This document shows, one piece after another, positions 10,517-19,175 of a stretch of 19,654 nucleotides of DNA. Numbering within the stretch: position 1 is the stretch's first letter; every line of letters starts with the position of its first letter. This DNA is from Terriglobia bacterium (GTDB taxonomy: Bacteria; Acidobacteriota; Terriglobia; 20CM-2-55-15), in contig CBDCLE010000006.1 of NCBI GenBank assembly GCA_965218585.1, forward strand, positions 1-19,654, in the 5' to 3' direction. Position numbers and translations under genes: made by a program. The notes beneath the pieces were generated by a model. The model saw nothing but the letters and a program-made list of their open reading frames with translations. It did not search any database and had not been told where the DNA came from.

Positions 10517-11844
10517 CACTAGTGTCCGGAACACGGTGCGACAGCCGCCGGCAACTTATAGATGAACAGTGAGTTGAAGGGCATTCTACGATTTTTCGAT
10601 TTGAACCTGCCGATCACACTTTTAGCAATATTACGGTGAGAGGGGTGATACCAATGGCGCATGAACTCAGGCCAAACCGTCTTCTCACAAGTCATGGATT
10701 ACGCGCCCCGATACGAGTTTCAGAAGTGTGTCGCCCGCTATCGGGGCGATTACCAGCAGAAAGGGTTTTCCTGCTGGGATCAGTTCCTGGCGATGGCATT
10801 CGCCCAATTGACCTATCGTGAAAGCCTCCGCGACATCGAAGCCTGCTTACGCGCCCTCGGCAGAAAGCGTTACCACATGGGATTCCGAAGCAAGGTGGCG
10901 CGGACGACACTGGCCGACGCCAACGAGCGGCGCGACTGGCGGATCTATGCGGATTTCGCACAGGTCCTGATCGGCATGGCGCGGCCGTTATATGCCGAAG
11001 ACCCCATCGGCGTCGAGTTGGATCAAGGTCTGTATGCCCTGGACTCGACCACCATTGACCTGTGTCTTTCACTATTCCCATGGGCCCGGTTTCGCCGGCA
11101 CAAAGCCGCGGTCAAGATGCATACACTGCTGGATCTTCACGGCAACATTCCCCGCGTTTATCCACGTCACAGACGGGAAAGTCCATGACGTCAACGTTCT
11201 CGATGAGATCGCACCCGAAGCGGGTGCCTTCTACGTCATGGACCGCGCCTATATCGATTTTGAACGGCTCTTTCTCTTCTCCCTCTGTTCCGCTTTCTTT
11301 GTGGTGCGTGCTAAGAAGAACGTCGTCCTGCGGCGGCGGTACTCCCGTCGGGTGGACACGACCACGGGATTGCGATCCGACCAGACGGTCATCCTCACAA
11401 CGAACAAATCCGCCAAAACCTATCCCGATCCGTTGCGGCGTATCAGCTACTTCGATGCCGGTACGAACAAGCGGTTGAAGTTCCTGACCAACAACTTCGC
11501 GTTGCCTGCACTCACCATCACTCAGATCTACAAGTCGCGATGGCAGGTGGAACTTTTCTTTAAATGGATCAAACAACACCTTCGAATCAAGTCCTTCTAC
11601 GGCACCAGCGAGAATGCGGTGAAGACCCAGATCTGGATCGCCATTTCGGGTTATGTTCTCGTCGCCATCATCCGGAAGCGCCTCGGCATCGATAGGAGTC
11701 TTTACCAAATCCTACAGATTCTCAGCATTGCGATTCTTGAGAAACAGCCCATTTTGCAGGCCTTTCACGCGCCTGATTCCCAATTCAATGAACTCCAAGA
11801 TCCTAACCAGCTGGTTCTATTCGACTTCTAACCGGACACTAGTG
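10517..11844 (+). mobile_element. IS4-family element (1328 bp) with a 9-bp target duplication
   Basis: 13-bp IRs CACTAGTGTCCGG. Direct repeat AATACAGCT at 10508-10516 and 11845-11853. Confidence 0.96.
10661..11831 (+). CDS. IS4 transposase (DUF4372 + DDE); one apparent frameshift in the C4 run at 11150-11153
   Basis: Motifs LTYRESLRDIE, ALDSTTI, VMDRAY and the YREK motif YKSRWQVELFFK. Confidence 0.94.
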
Positions 11845-11853
11845 AATACAGCT

Positions 11854-12722
11854 TTAGAAACCCGCATGTCTACCTGACCCTGCAGGTCGAGCCAGACGAC
11901 GGCCAGAGCGTCGAGATGGAAGTCGAAGCCGGAGCCGGGTCTGTGCTCAACCCTCTTGGTTTCACACATGACTCCGTGGCTGTTGGCGATGTAGTCACCA
12001 TCGCCGGTAACCCGAGCCGTCGCAACCCCGACGGATTGATGTTGGGAAGAGAGCTGTACAAGCAGGACGGCAGCTATTACCCACTGAACATCTCCTCTCG
12101 CAGTATCTACGAACCCAGCGATGAAACGGCCACCAGTATTGAAGGGACGTGGTTTTCGCCCCGCAGCGAGTTCTTTGGCTTCCTGGGCGGAGCCAGGAAC
12201 TGGCCTGTGACCGAGACAGGAAGAGCGGCCATGGACAACGTCGATCCGATGGAAACTCCCCAGAAGGATTGCATTCCCATCGCTGCGCCGGGGCTGATGT
12301 TCTACCCCGTGGCCAGCACCATTACGGTGGAAGAAGACCGTGTGGTCATGAACGTAGACTGGATGGATTCCGAACGGGTCGTTGATCTGGACGAGGATGG
12401 ACTCGTTCCAGCAGGAACTTCCCTGCATGGACACTCCGTCGGACGCTGGGAAGCCGATGTCCTCGTTGTCGAGACCACCAACTACATTGCACATCCCATG
12501 GGCCTTTCTACTTCCCTGCCCGGCAGCACTGGGAAACACCTCGTGGAACGTTTCCGCGTCAGTGAAGACGGCAAGAGCCTGATTTATTCCGGTGTGATGG
12601 AAGATCCCGAGTACCTGATCGAACCCGTAGAATGGTCAGGACAGTGGCTGTACAGGCCGAATATGCCTCACTCGAATGAAGAGTGCGACGTCGACGTCGC
12701 CCGCAAGTTCCTGGACGATTAG
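11854..12722 (+). pseudogene. DUF6152-like secreted protein, 3' part
   Basis: Removing the IS and one repeat gives the in-frame ILEYS-FRNPHVYL...EVEAG, 336 aa in total. The C-terminal domain has GHSVGRWEADVLVVET and EDPEYL. Confidence 0.85.
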
Positions 12723-12794
12723 GTCCGGTTCCCTTCCGACACTTCAATCCGCTCCAGAACCTGACCAAAAGTATTCCCGTTACCTGAGCGTGGG

Positions 12795-12800
12795 TATAAT
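12795..12800 (+). promoter_or_regulatory. Consensus -10 box 6 nt before the ATG (probable leaderless transcript)
   Basis: TATAAT-gcgtgg-ATG with no Shine-Dalgarno. Confidence 0.55.
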
Positions 12801-12806
12801 GCGTGG

Positions 12807-13362
12807 ATGAAACGACGACAATTCCTCGGTACGGCATTTGTGGGAGCGGGGGTGGCTGCGACTCCCTTACAGAACGCGGAATCTATCCAGAGAAGAAACC
12901 GGATCAAACAGGGCCTCTGGCCCACGAATTTCGGCCCTGACAACGGTTTATCATTCGATGACATGTGTCGGGAAGCCGTGCGCCTCGGCGCACATGGCTT
13001 CGACCTGAGGGGCCGCGACGAATGGGTCACGATGAGGCAGCACGGACTCGAACCGCTGCTGGTGGGAACCGGTGGCGTCGGATTCGGAGATGGAATCATC
13101 CATCCCGAGGCTCATGACGCCCTGTTCGAGTCTGTTTCCGAATGGATCGACACCTGTGCGGATAACGGCATCGAGAACTTCATCACCATCGGTGGCCAGC
13201 GGCAGGGCATGGACTTCCAGGTCGCTCAGGATAACGCCGTAGCGTTCCTCGACCGGATCAAACCCCATCTTGAACGCCGCAACGTTACGATAGCGCTCGA
13301 GAACATGAACAACAGGCGAACCGATCCGGCGTTCGGCGGGGCGGACCAGGTCTGCGGACATT
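12807..13362 (+). pseudogene. Tat-exported hydroxypyruvate isomerase-like / AP-endonuclease-2 TIM barrel, 5' part (interrupted by IS110)
   Basis: Twin-arginine signal MKRRQFLG, then TIALENMN. Joins the 3' part as QVCGH-WEWGIEMC. Confidence 0.88.
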
Positions 13363-13445
13363 CATGATAGGTGTTTGTCAAGCAGAGACAGAGATCTCCC
13401 TTCCGACTGTTTCAGTCAGCTGACACGTTCAGTTGTAACGCGGCG

Positions 13446-13635
13446 ACGGCCCGTGTTCCGTGGGCAGTGGGCGCCAGACATTCATGTGCGAGCATCGGGT
13501 GCGTTTTGCACCGTCGCTGAATTTTGAATTTGGGCCACCGCTGACCTCGAAACATTAGAGAGGGCGGACGCATCCAGAGGACGTGCCGCAGTCCGACAAC
13601 TGCGAGGACCAGCGGTGTCGCTGCGCAGCGGCCGT
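13446..13635 (-). ncRNA. Predicted bridge RNA / seekRNA of the IS110 element (boundaries approximate)
   Basis: Guide segments match the target (13586-13591, 13552-13559) and the donor junction (13523-13529, 13478-13486). Each pair flanks an internal hairpin. The target loop is closed by CACCGCTG/CAGCGGTG and CCTCG/CGAGG stems. Confidence 0.8.
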
Positions 13636-13638
13636 GTT

Positions 13639-14667
13639 TCAGGCCACCTTTCGGTTCTGGATGACGAATGGCTGACCACTCCGGTCCACCGATACCAGAT
13701 ACGCCACCAGACGACGGGCGACCGCCATACTGGCACGGTTTCTGGAGCCGCGCAGTCGTTCCCGGTCCCGAATCTCCATCAGCCGCTGGTCCCACCGGGG
13801 TGCCGCCTTGGCCGCCTCAACGAGGACGACCTGTAGATGACGATTGCGTTTCTTCGAGATCGGACCCCGGTGCTGCAGGCCCGCTGAACTGTGCTCGGCA
13901 CTGCAAAGACCGCAGTAACTAACTGCGTGACCGATTGAAGGAAACCGTTCGATCTCACCCACCTCCAGAGCCCAGGTTAGCGATAGGATCTCGCCGACAC
14001 CGGGAATGGTCTGCAGCAGTTCCACCCGGTCTCTGAGCAGAGGATCTTTTAGCAGTCCTTGTCTCAGCTCTCGTTCCACGGACCGAAACATTTCCACCGA
14101 TGCCCGGCTCAGCTTCAGCAGGTGCAGAACCGATTCGGGAACTTCCTCCAGGTTCGCTAGCAGTTCGGAGAAGTACCGCTCTCCGTGCAACCGTTGCTTG
14201 TTGTATTCAGTACCGGTTTCCATTAGTAGTCCCGCAATCCGGTTCTTCATCCGCACCGCTTCGGTCACAACCAGATTCCGGTACCGCAACATCCGTCTCA
14301 GCTCCCGGATCTCACTCGGGGCGATATAGCATTCCGGCAGTAGATCGCATCGCAGCAGATCAGCGATCTTCCTCGCATCGACTCGGTCGTTCTTTTTTTT
14401 GGATGCCGCGATGGCCTTCAGCATCGGTGGATGTGCGACTTTCAACTCCCTCGCCCAGGGTTTGAGCGTGTCATAGACCCATCCGGTGAACATGGTCGCT
14501 TCCATGGCTCCCACCCACGGCTCCCGACGTTCGACAGCCCAGTCCTCAAGCTTCCGACGGGTTGCGGCGATCACTCCTTCCTCCGTAATCTTTCCGTCAT
14601 TCTCTTTCACACAGTAGCTAATCGTTTTCTTGTGGATATCGAATCCGATATAGTGATTCACGTTCAT
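13639..14667 (-). CDS. IS110 DEDD recombinase/transposase (342 aa)
   Basis: RuvC-like DEDD residues in IGFDIHK, MEAT and KNDRVDA. C-terminal LQTIPGVG, YCGL and the catalytic-Ser motif HSSAG. RBS GGGAGG. Confidence 0.95.
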   Translation of the reverse strand: MNVNHYIGFDIHKKTISYCVKENDGKITEEGVIAATRRKLEDWAVERREPWVGAMEATMFTGWVYDTLKPWARELKVAHPPMLKAIAASKKKNDRVDARKIADLLRCDLLPECYIAPSEIRELRRMLRYRNLVVTEAVRMKNRIAGLLMETGTEYNKQRLHGERYFSELLANLEEVPESVLHLLKLSRASVEMFRSVERELRQGLLKDPLLRDRVELLQTIPGVGEILSLTWALEVGEIERFPSIGHAVSYCGLCSAEHSSAGLQHRGPISKKRNRHLQVVLVEAAKAAPRWDQRLMEIRDRERLRGSRNRASMAVARRLVAYLVSVDRSGQPFVIQNRKVA

Positions 14668-14782
14668 TGACCCTCCCGGTGTGTTTTCTGAGCGGGTGTC
14701 CATTCACCCGTCTCGGCTCTTTTAAACACGTCGGGAGGGTTTCTGTCATCTGAACTGCCCGGCACCTATGCATTCAAACATT

Positions 14783-15103
14783 GGGAATGGGGCATCGAGA
14801 TGTGTCAGCGTGTCGATTCACCCAACGTGGGGATGGTGTGTGACATCTACCACCTCCAGATCATGGACGGCGATCTCGCTTTCAACATCCAGAGCAGTAT
14901 CGACTGGATCGCTCACTTCCATACCGCCGGCGTCCCGACGCGGAACGAGCTCGACTATACCCAGGAGGATCAACTATCGATACATCGCCGAGGTGATTGC
15001 CGACACCGGGTATACCGGATATGTGTCGCACGAATTCCGACCCGGGCCGGGCCGCGACCCGGTTCGTTCGATCGAACAGGCAATGGCGATCATGGATGTC
15101 TAG
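14783..15103 (+). pseudogene. Hyi-like TIM barrel, 3' part; one apparent frameshift near 14967
   Basis: DIYHLQIMDGD, AHFHTAGVPTRNELD, QEINY and YTGYVSHEF. Confidence 0.88.
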
Positions 15104-15155
15104 CTGAAGGCCTACCCGGCGCTCGGTCCTGTCAATTGGCCGCCAGATGCGCTAG

Positions 15156-16643
15156 CAGTCCGTGGTTAAAGTCGGCCTCATCGTAATTAGAAGAAGGACC
15201 GGATGCGACCATAACGCGAGGAGAATCAGGTTAGGAGATCGCGATAATGGGAATGGGACGGAGAAAGCACCGACAGGACACGTTGTGGGTTGCGACCGCG
15301 GAGTTGCCGCGAACAGCGGGCCACGTATTTTACGAACGGGTAAACCCGAATCCTGAACGAGACGGAGTTCGACCGGTTCGTCGAGGATGCGTGCGAGAAG
15401 TTCTACGCCGCAGTGATGGGTCGGCCGAGCCTGGCACCGGGCAAGTATTTTCGGATGCTGCTGGTGGGCTACTTTGAAGGGATCGATTCGGAGCGGGGGA
15501 TTGCATGGCGGTGTGCCGATTCTCTAAGCTTGCGGGAATTCCTGGGAGTGGGACTGAGCGACGCGGTACCGGATCATTCGACGGTTTCGCGAACCCGACG
15601 GCTGATCGATCTGGAGACGCATGGAAAGGTCTTTTCGTGGATGTTGGGTGTATTGGCCGGTGAGGACCTGATCGATGGGAAGACGGTGGGCGTGGATGCA
15701 TCGACGCTGGAAGCCAACGCGGCGATGCGATCGATCGTGCGGCGGGATACCGGGGAAGCCTGCAACGAGTTCCTGACACGGCTGGCCAAGGCGTCGGGCA
15801 TTGAGACGCCGACCCGAGCGGACCGGGACCGACTGGACCGAAAGCGAACCAAGAAAGGATCGAACAAAGAGTGGGAACATCCCCACGACCCGGACGCGCG
15901 CATTACGAAGATGAAGGACGGGCGGACGCATCTGGCGCACAAGGTCGAGCATGCCGCCGACATGAAGACCGGAGCCATCCTGGCGGTTACCGTGCAGGGC
16001 GCCGATCGGGGCGACACGACGACTATCGAAGACACGATGATCGAGGCGGCCCGTCAGATGGAGACACTGGCGGCCGATCCTGAATCGAAGCTGCCCGACG
16101 ATTACCTTTCCGAAATCGTGGCCGATAAGGGATATCACAGTAACGATACGATGACCGCCTTCAAAGACCTCGGTATTCGCAGCTATATCTCGGAACCGGA
16201 CCGGGGTCGGCGTAACTGGAAAGGCAAGCCCGCCGAACAACAGGCCGTCTACGCCAACCGGCGACGGATCCGAGGTGAGCGGGGCAAGCGGTTACTCCGA
16301 CAGCGGGGACTGATGTTGGAACGGCCGTTCGCGCACACTCTGGAAACCGGAGCCATGCGTCGGGTTCACCTCCGACATCGGGACAACATTCTCAAGCGCA
16401 TCCTGATTCAGTACGCCGCGTTGAATCTGAGCCTGATTCTTCGGAACAATTTCGGGAACGGCCACACCGCGAGGCCTTCAGGGCCAGTATGTTGCTACCT
16501 TGTTCACCCTGATACTGCTCTGGAGCCACTATCAATCGCTCTCTTTCGATCCCTGAACACTCCGGACACGATTTCAACGCTGTTCCGTCTTGGCCGACAC
16601 CCGTGAATCCCAATTCAGGAAATTGCACTTCTGCCACGGACTG
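15156..16643 (+). mobile_element. IS1182/IS5-like insertion sequence, copy 2 (1488 bp), CTAG duplication
   Basis: Same IRs as copy 1. CTAG at 15152-15155 and 16644-16647. By eye it differs from copy 1 by four 1-nt insertions and two substitutions. Confidence 0.94.
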
Positions 16644-16647
16644 CTAG
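15247..16647 (+). CDS. DDE transposase, copy 2; three apparent 1-nt insertions (near 15345, 16462 and 16552)
   Basis: Near-identical to 1714..3111. Confidence 0.88.
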
Positions 16648-17147
16648 AACTCACCGCGGATCTCGACCGCAACAGATCGCGTTTGCGGCCCGTCCAGTTC
16701 TGCGAAGATGATCGACTGCCAAGTTCCCCGCTCGAGCTGGCCGTCGCGCACGGGCAGCGGTATGAATGAGCCGAAAAGCAAAGCTCTCAGATGGGCGACT
16801 GCATTTCCCCGCTCACAGTCGGAATACCGGGGATCGTTGTGCCTCCAATACTCTCCATCCGGGACCAGCAACTCGAAGAGCCGCTGGTAGTCCGCCAGTA
16901 AAGCCTCCTGCCACTCGTTGAGAAATACAGTCGCGGTCGTGTGCATAGACCGAACCGTCACAATGCCCGAACGAACGCCGCTGGCCTTGACGACGGCCTC
17001 AACCTGCGAGGTAAGGTCGTGGAACTCCATCCGCTGCCGAGTGACGACGCTGAGTCGTTTAGAAAGTCCGTCGGTCCGTTTGGCCTCACTCGATCCATTT
17101 GTAGGGGTGTCCGAACCGTTGGGTGCGATGGGAAGAATCTGCTGCAT
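16644..17147 (-). CDS. yjbQ: YjbQ/UPF0047 secondary thiamine-phosphate synthase family
   Basis: Motifs HTTATVFLNE, WRHND, NAVAHLRA and GTWQSIIFAELDGP. Confidence 0.9.
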   Translation of the reverse strand: MQQILPIAPNGSDTPTNGSSEAKRTDGLSKRLSVVTRQRMEFHDLTSQVEAVVKASGVRSGIVTVRSMHTTATVFLNEWQEALLADYQRLFELLVPDGEYWRHNDPRYSDCERGNAVAHLRALLFGSFIPLPVRDGQLERGTWQSIIFAELDGPQTRSVAVEIRGEF

Positions 17148-17242
17148 GGCTGAAAAGTCCTTTCTTACCTTGCGGGTAAAGTTGACGGAACTGACCACTT
17201 TCCTTGCGGTTGCGAGTCAGAAATCGGAGTATGGACCGCCAC

Positions 17243-18008
17243 TCATTCGAGACGTAGGACAGTGGGAACCGGACCCTGAAGAGCTCCAAACCTCCGCTTG
17301 CGCCGACGAAACTCAGCCAGCGATTCACCGAGGTCGGTTTTCCCAAAATCCGGCCACATCGTTTTGGTAAACAAAATCTCAGCGTGAGCGCACTCGGGTC
17401 CGAACAGATCGCTGAGCCTCTGTTCCCCACCCGTACGAATCAAGAGATCGACGGGCGGAACGATCGTGTCGTGAGACGCTTCGCGGACGGCTCTCCTCAC
17501 TGAACCGTAATCGGAGCCGCAATCAAATGAGGCATGGGTCGAGAGGACCCGGACTGCCCGCGCGATGGTGTCTCGAGCGGAGTAATCAAAAGCGAGCCTC
17601 AGGCAAAGGTTCCGACAGTCCGCGGTGATGTTCTCCACGTCTTCAATGGCCTCCCGGAGAGACGCACCGAGGCGGTCCCTTCTCCCAAACACCTTCACGC
17701 GGATTCCGTGGTCCACACAGGCCGAGGTTTCCGCCTGTAGGAAGTGGAGGAACAGATCCATCAGGGCCGCTGGTTTCCGCCTTGGGACGTTTCCAGTTGT
17801 CCGCTGAGAAAGCATAGAGAGTGAGCACTCCGATTCCGAGATCCAACGCGCCCTGCACGGTGCGCCGCACCGCCTGGACACCTTCCAGATGCCCTGCCGC
17901 GCGGGGTTGACCACGATGCTGGGCCCAGCGGCCGTTGCCATCCATGATGATGGCCAAATGGGGCGTCTGAAAGATACTGCGTAAAGTACTTGTCGTCGTA
18001 AAGTCCAT
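17243..18008 (-). CDS. uppS: cis-prenyltransferase / undecaprenyl diphosphate synthase; one apparent frameshift near 17770
   Basis: Motifs [43 protein letters not shown] and RRFG. Confidence 0.92.
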
Positions 18009-18018
18009 AGGCGAGATT

Positions 18019-18408
18019 TTACTGTGGTCGCCGTGCGGAAGCGATCAAGGCTTCCATGTGAGTCAGGTAGCGCTTCAGCGCGCGGCGTCCTTTCGCAGTC
18101 AGCCTGTAGATGGTCTTGGGTGCCCGCCGGTCGAACACTTTTTCGCAGTCGACATAATGAGCGTCCTCGAGCTTGCGGCAATGGACGCTCAGATTCCCGT
18201 CCGTCAAATCAAGAAGCTTCTTGAGTTCGCTGAACGAAAGCTGGGCCCTGGCTGCCAGTGCGCTGACGATGGCCAGACGAGTGCGTTCATGAATCAGGCG
18301 GTCCAGATCCAGAGCTTTTCGTCCGTCGCGCAAGGGCCGCTTTCGAGGCGTTCGGGTGTGCGCCTCGCCTTTTGGATGCTTTCGAACCGTCCCAGAGCTA
18401 GCCACCAT
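18019..18408 (-). CDS. Winged-helix transcriptional regulator (HTH_34, MarR/ArsR-like)
   Basis: [17 protein letters not shown]...[26 protein letters not shown]...[10 protein letters not shown]. The start overlaps the upstream gene end. Confidence 0.9.
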   Translation of the reverse strand: MVASSGTVRKHPKGEAHTRTPRKRPLRDGRKALDLDRLIHERTRLAIVSALAARAQLSFSELKKLLDLTDGNLSVHCRKLEDAHYVDCEKVFDRRAPKTIYRLTAKGRRALKRYLTHMEALIASARRPQ

Positions 18409-19015
18409 ACCTCCGTGTGATGATTACCCCGAACACGATGTGCAACCCACCGAATCCGATAGCGAGCAGAATGTCGTGCAGAGTCGACGGTACGAACAAG
18501 GCCACAGTGCCTATGACCATAAAGCACACGCCCATTACCGGCACAATCCGAACCGAAAAAGCGCCCCCGGTTGCGATGCCGCAGCCGTATAGAAGCAGCC
18601 ACATGCCCGGAATGACCCAATCGAACTGCTCGGCCCGAGCGATCGCCAAAGTAAGGACACCGGCAGCCAAAAACGGCGGCGCCATCCCAAGCGCAAAATT
18701 GCGCAGTGGGCGCAAAGTAGCGGGTGTCTCCAGCCGGTGGACCTTGGGAAGCGTTGTCGCAGTCGCGATCAGAATCGCCACGGCGGCTTCTACAAACCAG
18801 ATGCCAAGCCAGGCAGTGAAGTCTGATTGACGCGAAGCGATCCAGGATGCACCAAGGGCAGTCGCGCCGATCAGAATAGCTCCACGGCCAGGAAGAGACG
18901 TGAACACGGCCGAGCGCTCCATCGTGTGCCGGATAAAGCTTAGGTTAGCGGCCGCACGGGCATCCAAACCCACAGGCAAATCTACACCGGACGAACCCAG
19001 ATGCGACGTCTCCAT
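18398..19015 (-). CDS. Integral membrane protein of unknown function (about 6 TM)
   Basis: NLSFIRHTMERS followed by hydrophobic helices ending GFGGLHIVFG. ATG 19015 is preferred because the TTG at 19051 is part of a -35 box. Confidence 0.8.
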   Translation of the reverse strand: METSHLGSSGVDLPVGLDARAAANLSFIRHTMERSAVFTSLPGRGAILIGATALGASWIASRQSDFTAWLGIWFVEAAVAILIATATTLPKVHRLETPATLRPLRNFALGMAPPFLAAGVLTLAIARAEQFDWVIPGMWLLLYGCGIATGGAFSVRIVPVMGVCFMVIGTVALFVPSTLHDILLAIGFGGLHIVFGVIITRRYGG

Positions 19016-19022
19016 GCAATCG

Positions 19023-19051
19023 AAGGTAAGGTGACGGCTTCCTTGTGTCAA
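19023..19051 (-). promoter_or_regulatory. Sigma70 promoter of the membrane protein-wHTH-uppS-yjbQ operon
   Basis: TTGACA-17 nt-TACCTT-7 nt-ATG on the minus strand. Confidence 0.65.
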
Positions 19052-19052
19052 G

Positions 19053-19071
19053 TACTTTGTACAATAAAGTA
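19053..19071. promoter_or_regulatory. Palindromic operator candidate TACTTT-N7-AAAGTA
   Basis: Perfect 6-bp inverted repeat next to the -35 box. A similar site occurs at 17987-18005. Confidence 0.6.
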
Positions 19072-19175
19072 ATGAGACGGACGTCTTCAGTATTCAGCAA
19101 GGCAGAGCGTCGATGACCGAAGGAATGCAGGTTTCGGTTCTTAATCCAAAACAGGTATGCTGCCCTCGATCACAC

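Larger units (their letters stand above)
13363..14782 (-). mobile_element. IS110-family element with IS1111-type layout (1420 bp, counting one copy of the ACATT core)
   Basis: ACATT at both junctions (13358-13362 and 14778-14782). Sub-terminal IRs ATAGGTG (13367-13373) / CACCTAT (14763-14769). The long non-coding end lies 3' of the recombinase. Excision restores the host frame. Confidence 0.94.

Noticed and set aside
13412-13795. ORFs of 84-127 aa in the IS110 right end as a passenger gene
   Set aside because: No RBS or recognisable domain. The region is better explained as structured guide RNA.
13358-14782. ACATT as a classical target-site duplication
   Set aside because: IS110 enzymes recombine conservatively, and the core also appears in both right guides, so it is better read as a shared donor/target core.
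19016-19051. TTG start at 19051 for the membrane protein
   Set aside because: It coincides with the TTGACA -35 box. ATG 19015 fits the promoter spacing.
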